A DNA stretch of 63,994 bases, filler included, from Sphacelaria rigidula (Eukaryota): NCBI GenBank assembly GCA_964200075.2. It is 4 parts of 4 records of this genome, joined end to end, with 100 filler letters (N's around TTAATTAATTAA, not from the genome) between each part and the next. Parts side by side here need not be neighbours in the genome. Positions count along the whole stretch, not along the records: positions 1 to 16,012 come from CAXNAA020001519.1; 3 more parts are not named here. One strand, given 5' to 3'. The notes under the pieces were generated by a model. That model did no database searches. It was not told the DNA's origin and saw nothing but the letters and a program-made list of their open reading frames with translations. This document shows, piece by piece, positions 1-12,068 of this stretch (its first letter is position 1; each line of letters starts with the position of its first letter). The position numbers and the translations under genes are program-made.

Positions 1-3000
1 TCCATTGGCTTCGTGCAAGAGAATTTGTTATGATCCGCTGCCATCGAGGGTGAGATCATGGAACAGAATCCAGGGTCCCACCACGTTTTGCGACTTTTCT
101 CGGCACGAAAAGGCGGGATATCAGAAGTCATAATACACGCGATGACTTGCGCTTCCAAAAACAACGACGGAAACTGCGGCGAAAGTTTTGAACAGAAAAG
201 TGATTTCAAGATATCCACGAGTCCCAAGTCCACAAGACAAATGGTGGCATCAACTGCATTTGCGAGTGAATTCGGGCACAACCTGGCTAAATCGTATCTT
301 TTACTCGAACCGCACGACTCACACTACTTTGGAGACATCTTGAACGGTGCATTTTTCCACAAATGCGACCTGTGGACCAGCGCGCAACATTTTTCAACAT
401 AATTCTGCCATTCCATTCAGGCAATGGGTGGCAGGAATGTGTCAACATGCTACACATGTAAACTTTTCGTCTCATTATCAGAACCGGCGCAGCGAGACAT
501 ATTATGAATAAAACCTCACTCTCAATCGTACTTTCAACGCTCGATTTCACGGAAACATTGTTAGGTTCGCCGGCAGAATTTTGCACCAATGTGCGAGGTA
601 AGCGTCTTGTCCATTAATGATGCAGACACACCCGGCCGCTGAAAGCCATGAAAAGCCTGCTCTCAATCGTATCGTAGACTCTCAATCTCACGAAAACATT
701 GTTATTTATATATGCGTGACGATTCTTAATAACTTGGACCAACCGTCGATGATGTGATAACCGTCCGTTGTTGACGGAGGAGCCTCGCTTGATCCTGATA
801 CCAGCCCCGAGATCGCAACAGCATGGCGTTACATGACACCCCGCAAGCACAACAAGACGGACGCATTGCGAGCAGTGAGTCCAGTTCTTGTGCCGACGTG
901 AAGAGGCTCGGGAACCATTTTTGGGGAGAAATGGGCATGATCGTTGTGGCGTCCGTGAACGGCAAATGAGCGGGAAAAGAGCTGCGTCTGTGGGCGTCAT
1001 TGTTGGAGTTTGTGTGTGGACTCCCTTGCGCGTAGTGTGCTGTATCAGGTACAGTATAACAAACGATGGTCCAGAACAGGTACTTTCTTGGCCGACTGGT
1101 GGACCAGATAAGGTATGACACAAAAATAACTTCTGGATCAGGTATACCTGGTGGGTATTTTGCGTATAAAGCGGAAGCGGTGTCTGGAAGCGAGGTGTCC
1201 TTTTGCGCATGACCGTATCTCGCGAGTAACATGTTTTCTTCTGGATTTTCATGGCCCGGGTGCCTAGGAGCCCTCCGATTGATGTGTGTGAAAAATCCGG
1301 AGCGAAAACTATCAAAATTGTGTGTCGTGCTATTTTCGCCTTTCTGGTCTGTTTTTGTACCGTTTTTGGGCAAGAAAACAAAAATATACACCTTTTCTAG
1401 GCAACTGCTCCTAGTTGTTTGTCGTACCTGTGTTATGTGATAAGGATTGCAGCTGTTGAGTTGTTCCTGGTATGACCAGCGGGTACCAGCAGTCATATCT
1501 TGGGCGAATACTAAGCGGCATCTGGACGTTCGGAAAGCAAGTACGTCGCTGTTCGCCATCGTGTTGGATGACGTGGATTTATAAGAGTTCAACGATACGA
1601 TATAGACGTAAGTAGGAGTTTGAACAGATATATATTTCTTGAGTTATGACTTCGAGTAAAGGCATGTTTTGGGGTCAAATGTCGAATCTGTCGCACGACC
1701 CCCACCCTGGCACTTGGTCGCCGGTCTAGGGATTCCCAACAAGTACAGTAGAGATCTAATTCAGCACTTCGTCCAGCGTCTGATACGTCTCCAGCTAATC
1801 CCTTCTTCGGTGTCCGAGCCCTCAGGAACGAGACTACTATGTGAGTCTACGAGATGTACAATATTGCATCTCCTTCACTGTCTACGAGTACTATTACATA
1901 CCCTCGTACATGTCCCCTTGCACATACATCAACTAGCTAGCATACAAAAGAGTGTTTGATCCTGGGGATGTTATCCCTCTTCTGCCTTGAGCAGCTAGGG
2001 TGACATTCTTCATTCACTTGAAAATTGGGGCCTTCAGCTGAAGCTTCTATTCGTTTTGCTTGTTCCAGTTGCTGTATTGCTGGTGGTTTGGACTGTAGTC
2101 CCATATTTTTGCCTGCTCAAAAAGCTGCCGAGTTTTCTCTGGTATATTGCTTCGATTGTCTGACTGCACGGTCCCCATTTGTTTTGTACACACAATTTTT
2201 TTGTGCGTGTGCACAGTACTTCTTTTTCTGTTTTTATGCAAACTCCTCGGCTCTGCTCCCTTGTTGGATTGCACACACCCTTCGCGATGAGCAAGGATGT
2301 GTCACGCGACCTCCCTCTCAACATCGATGCACGCACCATGCGCCGCCTCCGTCGTGAACACACGCGTGCGTGTGCCCTTGGTACTGAAACACAGGCGCGT
2401 GCCCCACCCAACTTCGGTACAACAGCCGTTGCACAACTACATACGTTCGTGGCCCTCTACAATGTTGCGTTTTCACACGATCACGTATTCTTCCGTATGA
2501 AACGCGACTCGTCCCTTCCCTCCCAACTCCTTTTTCCACATGGGTTGAACCTACACACCAACATACCACGTTTTTTCCCCCCGTCTTGACGCCCTCTTGT
2601 ATGAGAACCTTTGTACCCGGCGCGGCACCTCATGCACACCAGACCGAATTCCAGGCTGTGAATTCGAGCTTTGACAGTCTGTCTGTACACGATTAAGTCG
2701 AAACTACACCAGCCCGCACTGACGTTGCGACGGCTTTTACCGGCACACTCGTGCACCCAACCGCTCTGTACACGTTGCCTGTTACCCCATATGTAGTACA
2801 TGATACTTCTGTGCCGCGCCCCTTTCCCCCTACAGTAACAATACAACCCGTGTCATGGTACCCAGTCTGGACAGAGGATTCATAGGTACCATCCCAGGCT
2901 GTAGTTGTAGCCCAATCTGCAGTACGTTTTTAGGGTGCATTGCCGCCCCTGTCCATCTTTTCGCAACCGGGTAGTCACATAAATCCTCCTTTGTTCCACA

Positions 3001-3383
3001 ACACAACGCCTCGTTCACTCATCAACCCCTTGATTTCTACAAGGCTTGTATCGTGCAACTGCGCAGGTAAGCAAATCATGTCTGACATCGACAGTTCACC
3101 GGCTTCTCCTGCTCTCGGTGCCATCGAAAACGGCTCGCACATCTCGGGAAGCAGTGAATCAGTTAATAGCTTAGATACTTCGTATTGCTCATAATCAGTT
3201 GGTTCAGACCAGTGGCGAGGTAATTATGGATGTCAACCCCTTTACCCCGGGTACAGTTTCAACAGAAGCAGTGATCGACATGCAGGGGGAAATTGACCCC
3301 CTCCTGCACGCCGCCGCTGCTGCTGCTGCCACAGAAAACCACGGTATGGTTATGGACACCACGAGTAGTGGTGACCATATATC

Positions 3384-3863
3384 TAATCGACCGCTTTGCT
3401 GCGGGGTAAGCGTACACACAACTCAAGTGCGTGAACAGCGGTCAGCACCTTGGCTCAGGTAAATAGCAGTATTCTCGAACGCGTTTGTTTATTTCACTTC
3501 ACATTGTTTACTCTCACAGACTCTAATCAACCTCAGTCAGTCACACGATAACAGACGCTCAATATCCCTCACTCAATACCACATACACAGAGTCACCACA
3601 TACACTCATGTTAACCCCCAGAGCAAGACAGGCAGTTGGCACCCGGACCAAGATAGATCAAGATGGACTGAGCGACGTGGGCGATGTACAACCCGGTTGC
3701 CCGTATTGCACACGTGACTGTATTCGCACAACCTACGTCATTATACATCATTCCTCTGATTGGTTACCTAATCCTCCGCAATTGCAACATGGTGCATGCT
3801 ACTTGTACCGCGCTGCATCCTACATCACCCTTGTTCATGGCAGAGCGTGAGCATGGTCAATTA
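3384..3863 (-). repeat. 3' LTR of the copia-type element (minus-strand termini TAATTGA...TCGATTA)
   Basis: Collinear with 12069-12548; about 29 substitutions in 480 bp by manual count. Confidence 0.95.
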
Positions 3864-3959
3864 GCCCCCCTGTTCACGGCTCAGCCATGACTTGAAAACC
3901 TCTACCGTTGAAAACCGAAAAAGGAAAAATAGTAATCCTACACAAAAATGAAAATATTT

Positions 3960-4460
3960 CAAGCCATGCTCAAACTCCACAAATATGTAGTATTAAATCA
4001 CAAGTTACCCGCGAAATAGTACCAATATTTTATGCCCCCAAAACCTTTATCACTTATCTCAAGTCATATCCAAAATCCAAAAATATAAAATTTGAAAACT
4101 GAATTTACCCAGGAAATATCACCTGCGATATTTTATGCCCCCCAAAACCTTCATCACTCATCTCAAGTCATATTCCAAAAATATAAAACATGAAAAATGA
4201 ATTTACCCAGGGAATAGTACCTCGGATATTTTACGCCCCCCCAAACCCATGTCACTTGTCTTGAGTCATGCTCAAAATCCAAAGATATAAAATACAAGAA
4301 CTGAATTTACCCAGAAAACAGTACCTCGAATATTTTACGCCCCCCAAAACCTATGTCACTTGTCTTGAGTCATGTTCAAAATCCGAAGATATAAAATTTA
4401 AAAACTGAATTTACCCAGAAAACAGTACCTCCAATATTTTATGCCCCCCAAAACCTACAT
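3960..4460. repeat. Tandem array of about 5 x 98-104-bp units in the 3' untranslated region of the copia element
   Basis: GAATTTACCCAG recurs at 4101, 4199, 4303 and 4407, each followed by ATATTTTAYGCCCCC-AAACC. Confidence 0.9.
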
Positions 4461-5384
4461 AACTCCCCCCTTCGCGGGAATATATTCCATGTGAATCTCA
4501 AGTCAAAAAGGGTTCACACTGTCAAATTCTCCGCCCCCCTTGCTTTCGTGAACATGGCGCTTCTTTCAAAACATTTGTACTCTTTCCACAAATTGAGTGC
4601 AGACGAAGAAATATATCAAGCTACGTTAGTATCTCGGTGATACTATACACTGAGGTTTATCCGATCAAACTCGACCGGAACTACGATCGAACATAGAATA
4701 CAGTTCAAAAGGATCTGGCCGAGGTTTACACGTAAAATAAAAGTCTAGAGCCTGAATGTTCAAACATTCTAGGCCTACGCCAGTTTTCCACGCAAAATGA
4801 TGCTCAGCAAATCCTAAAATGCCCAGTGAAGCATGCCACTCATCAACTACTGCAAGTCTGATGACTTACCAAATAAATCACCACCGCCAGACAGTAGTCA
4901 CATAAGTGCATCCTCACATGACCGATAGGTGTCAAACCTCGAAAGAAAATCATGCAAAGTATAAACCTACTGATGAGCTGGAGATGTCAACATCTATCTC
5001 CGATCTCTGCGTTCCACCTCTGGTCAAAAGCCTAGAATCCATCTTCGCGCTCCATTCCAATCAAAAAGCTTCTCCGTATTTCCATGCCATTTTCTTGCCC
5101 CCCCAGCTTCCTTGCCCCCCCAGCTTCCTTGCGCCCCCAGCTTCCTCGCCTCCAGCTTCCTTGACTGTCCGTACTCAACCACATAGGAGTCCCTACGCGC
5201 CCCCCTTCTCAATATGACCGACACCGCGCCATGCGTGAGAAGATTTTCGCTGATAGAGTTGGTGGTAGCGGCAGCGGCAGCGGTTGTCGTTAAGTTGTTG
5301 GCGGTGTTGTTGGCCGAGGAGGTGGTAGTGGAGGCGACTGCGGTGTTGTCGGCGATGATAGAGGGACTGGGAATGATGATGGTT

Positions 5385-5677
5385 CACGAGTGGCCACTGG
5401 GGTCTGTAACCTGGCCATTTTGGGACCTCATCCACATTTGGTAAGGTCCGCGGATTGGGTAGAAAACTGAGGAGCATTTGCACAGCATGGACAGGATCGA
5501 AACAAAACATGTCCCAGTCTATAGGCGGGTGACTCCCCTGTAGTCTGGAGCATGCTTTGTTTCGAACCTGTCCATGCTGTGCGTATGCTCTTCAGCTGTC
5601 TACCCAATCCGCGGACCTTACCAAATGTGGATAAGGCCCCAAAAAGACCAGGTTACAGACCCCAGTGGCCACCCGTG
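5385..5677. mobile_element. 293-bp foldback MITE with CAC...GTG ends and 2-bp TSD (CMC/EnSpm-like), nested in the copia element
   Basis: CACGAGTGGCCACTGGGGTCTGTAACCTGG... is inverted against ...CCAGGTTACAGACCCCAGTGGCCACCCGTG. Arms pair over nearly the whole length. TT on both flanks. Confidence 0.8.
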
Positions 5678-6073
5678 TTGTCGCGTGTGGTGCAACCGCG
5701 GGACTGTTGGAGCGGGAATCAACCGCAGAACTGTAGGAGCAGGAGTAGGAAGTGTAGCTGTGGTAGTAGGTGGTAACGGTGGTGATGCGGCAGCGGGAAA
5801 GGGTAACGATAATGTCGGTAGACCGGCGGCGTTGGCGACGCGATCGATGTTGCTCCCCCCCCCCCCCACCGTTGAGCGACGCCGCTCTGGGTAAATGCTG
5901 ACGAGTCACCGTCGACGCGACGCTGTTGGTGATGTCCATTTTACGTTGTGGTTGGCCGTCCGTGGAGGGTCGTTGGTTGGGTGCCAGTGCCATGTGCTTT
6001 CTCTTCCCCTCACTCGAATCCTCAACACTGGAAAACCGAGTACCAGAATATTCGCGGAAATTTCGGTCGACAC

Positions 6074-6730
6074 TCACAGCCCGGGGGGCAGAAGCAGAAT
6101 TCGGGGGGATCTTACCGACATTAACTCGCTGTTGATCAGAAGCAAATCCGGGGGAATCTCACTGACACCAACTCGCTGTGGAATAGAAGTGACATCTGTG
6201 GTAATCTTACCGACATCAACTCGCTGTTGAGCAGAAGCAAAATCCGAGGGAATTTTACTAACACTAGCTTGTTGTGGGATGGATGTAGTGTCACTTTCAG
6301 TGCCGGCAACAGGAGTACCTACTAGAAGCTGTCCGTAGGTTGATGGCAGGTGTGTGGCAAATTGTGATGATGTACGGTCGTTGTAGTCGAAACGTAGTCT
6401 GTCGTCGAATAGATGCACACCTACTTTATCGCAGATGACTTGGTGACTCTTTTGAGCCCTGTGGATAGAGAATAGATTAAACTGAATTTCTTCCAAAACA
6501 TACACATCCGTGAGCAGTACACACAGTGCATCAACATGGGGTGAGTTGTTCGCACGTGCTTCATAAAATCTGAACTTGAGACTCCCTACGGCATTGACCG
6601 GTAGCACTTTATCATCCCCAAAGACAACATTCTCTTCCCCCACTGGTGGAGGACGGGTATCGAAAACGTCGGTAATGTTGCCTGTAATGTGGTGCGTTTT
6701 ACCTGAGCCTGTAATCCATATTTCTGAATC
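6074..6730 (-). pseudogene. Copia-type aspartic protease remnant with the catalytic Asp lost
   Basis: Minus strand reads DSEIWITGSGKTHHITGNITDVFDTRPPPVGEENVVFGDDKVLPVNAVGSL...LTDVYVLEEIQFNLFSI. This matches the copia WIxDSGAxxHMT...VLYVPxLxxNLxS pattern but with D>G. An in-frame TAA lies just upstream. Confidence 0.8.
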
Positions 6731-7779
6731 AGAAAGGGGCGGAGATTACATCTGATGCAACATCCTACCCTCTACATCGAAGTTACCCAAGCAAAAGACT
6801 GACTTCTCTGGTACGGTAGAAAGTGCCATGTACACACCACCACCAGGGTTATTAGCAAGCGGCAGATCGGCAGTTGACGTTTGGTGCGGGTTTGCCGGAT
6901 GAGAATATTGGTCGGATGACTCGTGGTAGAGTGACGAGTATGGTGGTGATGGTGCAACGGAGGAAGGATCATGGTGGGATTGGTCTGGCGGCGGATGTTG
7001 TGACGGATAGTGTAGACCTAGCCACCGTTGTTACCTAACGTCAGGGACATTGTAGATGGAGTTGCGGGTCTGATTGCCGGACTATGCGATGGTGACCTCC
7101 ATGACGAGTAGAGCCGGTTTTGCTACTCTGGTGGAGAGAGGCTATGGTCCTGTTCTCCTGTACTATGCTGAGGGTTGATACATGAATAACTAAAGCTGCT
7201 GAAGTCCATGTCCCCGTGATGGGAGGAGTCCACATGGCAATCTGATCTTGAGTGACAGAAGTCTACAATGAACGTTCATTAAGTCCGCTGATGGCGGTAG
7301 ATCCGCTAAAAAAGCAGCTGAAACTTCAAGATAGGGAAGTCTGCAGGCCTGATCAGTTTGCAGCAAACAAGATCAGCTCAAGGCGTGCTAACGTTGCGAG
7401 GAGTTGGAGAAGTAGAGCCGAGGAGGTTCTGAGGCAGTGCTAGGGCGGGCTGTGGTATCGCTCGTGCGTGAGGTGCGGGCGGTCTGTCGACAGCTGGCGA
7501 GCCCAAGATCGTTCCAGAAAAAGCGACGAAATTACTGCCTAGTGGAGCCAGCGAGAGTTGCTTGTTCCACGCTTGGGCAGATACGGCCAGGAAGAGCAGT
7601 CCAAGCACCCCAAACACGTGATGAGACCTGCGTGAGAAAGGTGCTGTGGCCATTGCCATTGTAAGGTGGTACAGCGTGTCTCGGTGTAAGGAGAGAGTTG
7701 TTGTTCCTGTGAGTGGGAGGCGACTTCGTTTTTCGAAAAGGCGGTGTAGAGTGCTGCACTGCTGACCGAAATAGATGAG

Positions 7780-8460
7780 ATGCAGGAATATGTCATCGTC
7801 GACGGTCGTGTTTTTCCTGCACTGGTGCTGGAGATGCCGTACTACGGCCGCAAGTTTTCGAGCGAGAAATCGGCCGAGTTTTTACGCAAATACGAGCAAT
7901 ATTTGCGAGACGTAGATCAGGTGAACGCGCGGTGGACAAACCTCTTTGAGGTGGCAGCAGTTTCTGAGCTCATGCCGAAACATATTGCGAAATGTCTGTG
8001 TGACCCGTTCTTGAAACGTGATTATGATGTTGAGGACGAGCAGTTGCTTTTCGCGTTGCGCAAGCATGCGCCATCCGCTGGGGCGCATTGCACTGTGAAA
8101 GCCGAGATGCCCGAGGGGACAGGCACGACAGTGCACCCGCCGAACGCGCAGAATGTGCTGCACGTTTGAAACAACGGTACAGGGCAGCTGCTTGCAATGC
8201 GACAGCCGAGAAACATGTGTCTGCCCGAGGGGACAGACACGACAGTGCACCCGCCGAACGTGCAGTAGGTGCTGCGCGTCTGAAACAACGATACAGGGCA
8301 GATGCTTGCAATGTGACAGCCGAGAAGCATGTGTCTGCTCGAGGGGATAGGCACGATAGTGCACCCGCTGAACGTGCAGTCGGTCGGGCGCGCCTTAAAC
8401 CACGATATAGGGCAGCTGTTTCCACTGTGCAGAGCGGGAAGGAGACGCAGCCCGTGTCTG
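7780..8460 (+). pseudogene. Gag-like N-terminal ORF of the nested LTR element, frameshifting into 3 x 114-bp (38-aa) tandem repeats
   Basis: ORF 7780-8169 MQEYVIVDGRVFPALVLEMPYYGRKFSSEKSAEFLRKYEQYLRDVD... starts about 0.5 kb after the 5' LTR. Repeat motif GCYCGAGGGGAYAGRCACGAYAGTGCACCCGC recurs at 8109, 8223 and 8337. Gag identity is inferred from position. Confidence 0.5.
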
Positions 8461-8564
8461 TCAAAAGGAGTATGCATGAGAGCGCGCCCGCCGACAGTAC
8501 CACGGTAAGCATTGGTTTGGATGCTGCTGGTATTGCTGCTGGAGAGGGCGAGTACGCCACGCAG

Positions 8565-9018
8565 CTCGAAACACGGGATCTTATAAATTGGGGATGGATC
8601 ATTCACTGGGGATGAGAAACCCGGAGGATTAAAATCTTCGTATCCACACGAAATATTCGAAACATGGTTTCATTTCTTCACCTACTGATAGCTATTGACA
8701 ACTGCTACACGCCACAGGAATTTGGATTTGGATTACCGAAATGTTGAGGTCCCAGGTGAAAAAACAATTTTGGGGAATTCCGGGTGTCCGAACGGACGCC
8801 AAAACGGTCCCGAAATTGGCTTTTCACCCAGGACCCCAACATTTCGGTGATCGAAGTCCAATCTTCTGTGGCGTGTAGCAGTTGTCAATAGCTATCAGTA
8901 GGTGAAGAAATGAAACCATGTTTCGAAGATTTCGTGTGGATACGAAGATTGTAATCCTCCGGGTTTCTCATCCCCAATAAATGATCCATCCCCAATTTGT
9001 AAGATCCCGTGTTTCGAG
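8565..9018. mobile_element. 454-bp near-perfect foldback MITE with 3-bp TSD CAG (PIF/Harbinger-like)
   Basis: CTCGAAACACGGGATCTTATAAATTGGGGATGGATCATT... is inverted against ...AATGATCCATCCCCAATTTGTAAGATCCCGTGTTTCGAG. Arms are about 210 bp. CAG at 8562-8564 and 9019-9021. Confidence 0.9.
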
Positions 9019-10379
9019 CAGACTGCAGGCAGCTCAGCTGCCGCTGTTGCAGTCTAGGAGTGCGCTGAGCAGGAGGTGGCGGCTTTATCGAGTATGGGTG
9101 ATGTTGCTGCTGCTGTTGGCGATGTTGAGAGGGCGAGGCCTACATGGGCCAATGATCAAGTACTGGTGGGCGGAGGTCTCAATTGCTTGTCGCCGCCGGA
9201 CCAACGCGTAGCTGGAGATACTCCTTGCATGCTCGAAGCTGCAGGGGGGTGTTATTCGCGTATGGCGAGCGATCAGGCTGAGCTTGGGGCTTACCGCGCT
9301 CATGGTGAATCTATCTGCGCCAGTAACATGGCGGGAGATCGTTCAGATGATTCGCAGGGGTATCTGCTTGAAGGACAGGTGGATACCGGGTTGGCGGAAA
9401 TGCCGCCGGACCAGCGCGTAGCTGTGGACACGCCTTGTATGATCGGAACAATAGGGTCGTGTGACCCACGTGAAGCGGGTACGCAGAGCGAGCTGCAAGC
9501 TCGTGATGCTGTTAGCGATCAAAATTGTGACGGCGACGACGAGCGTCGCGTGGTGTTGGGGTTGTCGTGTGCACTGCAGTACGCATGGGCAGGTTTGGCG
9601 TATTTGGCGGCGTTGACTGCGGTGTCTTTGCCGCTGTACGGTCAGGTGCTGGAGGAGGATGGCGTGATGTGAGGATGATGTATCATTTCGCTGTTGCACT
9701 CCGTCGTGCAGGTACAAAAAAAGTGCATTTTGTATGTTGAGAAATACCTTGTCTCGGATGAGAGGGGCGATGAGTCACGAATCTTCTGGAGTTTGACGTT
9801 TGCTGACATTTCCGGTTTCGTGCCGATGAAGAGTCAAGAGACTTGTTTTGGGCGAACATTTGAGAATTTGGCGCTAGCTATCGCTTTGTAACTCGAAGTG
9901 GTGCAAGTAGCGTGATTGCATGTTCATGATGGATGATACTTTCTTGGAATCTCTTATGAGTTGTTTGGAAGTGGGGCAAGCTTGTATGGACCTGTTGTCG
10001 AAAGCAGCGGAAGAGATTGCTATTCTTTGCGGAAAACGACGGTACTATCAGGCACCAATGATGTCTGAGTTTGTCAAGCTCTGACGTAACTACTTGTTGG
10101 TAGTAGAGAGCTTTGGGGGTGCTGTAGACGTAGCCACCATTGTTACCTAACGTCAGGGACATTGTAGGTGGAGTTGCGGGTCTGATTGCCGCACTCTGCG
10201 ATGGTGACCTCCATGACGAGTAGAGCCGGTTTTGCTACGCTGGTGGAGAGAGGCTATGGTCCTGTTCTCCTGTACTATGCTGAGGGTTAATACATGAGTA
10301 ACTAAAGCTGCTGAAGTCCATGTCCCCGTGATGGGAGGAGTCCACATGGCAATCTGATCTTGAGTGACAGAAGTCTACA

Positions 10380-11936
10380 GTAGCAGGGGAGATGTTTGGT
10401 GATGGTGGTAGGTTGTGTGGCTGCAGTTGATGTTGAGAGGAATGGTATTGGGTTGTATGGGCAAAACCGGCACCATTGAAAGCATTGTCCTCATAGGCAA
10501 AGTTATCAACGCTCTCATGGTGCTGGTAGGTGGAATCAGTCTGCTGAACGGTGTTGGCTTGTGGTGGATGTTTGTGGATTTGGGGTTGTGGATGCGGGAA
10601 ATGGGATTGTGGTGGTGTATGGTTGGTTGTGTTGTTGGACTGTTGTTGGTGGTTTGGTGGGCCCTGATTACCTGAAGAACGGTAGTGATCTGGGCCCGTA
10701 TATGTTGGTTGATGTTGCTGGGGAATTGGGAGTTGCTGGGCGTTGGGATGCTGCGCGTGGTATTGGCGAGGAGGGCAGTTGGGACAATTGAATGGGCATC
10801 GAATTTCGTAGGTTTGTTGACTAGGTTGGTGAACCCTACCACGGCCTGGTCCCGAATGATTCCACGGACTGTGTGGTCGCCATGGCTGCTGTCTCGGGGA
10901 ATGCCACCCCCCTCGACCACCATGACCACTGTTGATGTGTTGCTGTGAGCCATGGTTGGTGTAGAAATTGGATTGATGTGGGTTTGGAGGGATGTGGTGG
11001 TTGTATTGGTTTTGGGGATTGTGTTTGTGGGATCTGCGGTTCCCCCCGTCTTGCCTTCTGCCAGGTGAGCCATGGCCCCTTCCACCAGTACTAGAAGCGG
11101 AAAGTGCATGCTTCAAGGTTGTTTTCTGTCTTTCTTTCAACAATTGCGCTTCTGCATATGCATTTCCTAGCTGGCGGGTTACCTCTTCTATGCTTATCTC
11201 TCGTAGTGCTATTGAATTCCTACGCTCGTGCTCGTACTCTGATGAAAGGCATCGAACAATATACCTGTTCGCTTCAAAGTCCGAGAGAACTAAATCGAAT
11301 TCTTCGCGCTTTGTACGAATCAACTGGGCTCGTGAGAGAAAGTTCATTGGCAATTCACCGTCAGCCATCTGCAACGTTTGCCAGTCGTGTTCCAACTTGG
11401 CTTTTCCTGTGGCTTCTGGAATCCTGTAGTACTGGACGATATACTTACATGCTTGACTTGGGCTTGGAAGCATATCGATATGCCTTACCAAGGGGAAAAA
11501 TGTTACTTTATCGAGTATTATCCTCATAGACCTTTTGGCTTTGTCGACAGCTTCGTTTTCAAAATTTGCTCGCAAGTCCTCCTCATTCTCACGGTGTACC
11601 CCTGATGGGGTTTTCAACTAGCAAAGCGTCATAGCAGTTTTCATTCTTGAACTAGGCACAAATTTGGATGTTGAACATATCGAACCTATCCCTGACGTTG
11701 GTAGATGTGGCAGCTTTTTCATCCCAAGGTAGGATGCTTTTGTTGCTGCGAATACGGTGGGAATTGGTGATGTGATGGGTGTGGAACGGTGCTTGCTGTG
11801 CTGTACTAGCAGGCATCACCGATGTACTGTTCATTCTCTGTTGCATTCTGCTCATCTGCTCAGTTAGAAGTCTGACTTCCTCTTCCATTGGGGGATGCTG
11901 ATATTCTTCTATATTAAAACCTAGTCTAATTGCCAA
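10380..11936 (-). pseudogene. gag: Copia-type Gag (UBN2/Retrotran_gag_2-like) with a long Q/H/P/N-rich tail
   Basis: KLEHDWQTLQMADGELPMNFLSRAQLIRTKREEFDLVLSDFEANRYIVRCLSSEYEHE fits the copia gag motif L.M.xgE...FL.R...I...L....lsD.E....il..L..eYe. A stop at 11652 and a frameshift near 11600 separate it from the N-terminal piece. The nested LTR interrupts it at 10379. Confidence 0.8.
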
Positions 11937-12068
11937 CCTTGCTCAACCTGTACTCAAACCTGAAGACCTTCACACCTCTCTCTCAAATACTCCTCGACTC
12001 AAACTCTCCTCTTGCTCAACTCTCCAATCTTAAACCCTTCTGCACCGGCGGTAGCTCTTCCGCTAGCG

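Larger units (their letters stand above)
7011..10379 (+). mobile_element. Non-autonomous LTR retroelement (3369 bp, probably gypsy-derived), nested in opposite orientation inside the copia gag-pol
   Basis: 257-bp LTRs 7011-7267 and 10123-10379 with TGTAGAC...GTCTACA termini and about 8 differences. PPT-like AGAGAGCTTTGGGGGTGC precedes the 3' LTR. Possible 4-bp TSD ATAG/GTAG with one mismatch. Confidence 0.88.

Noticed and set aside
1-1592. Overlapping long minus-strand ORFs (614-1381, 726-1592)
   Set aside because: No recognisable domain, no convincing splice pattern and non-ATG starts. Probably decayed repeat sequence.
1689-2005. Possible solo LTR (TGTCGC...GTGACA)
   Set aside because: Flanks GAATC and TTCTT give no TSD and there is no second copy in the window.
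4505-4600. Minus-strand AMFTKARG resembling the copia RNase H end (ADxxTKAL)
   Set aside because: The flanking residues lack the other RNase H motifs (DN, KHID), so it is too short to call.
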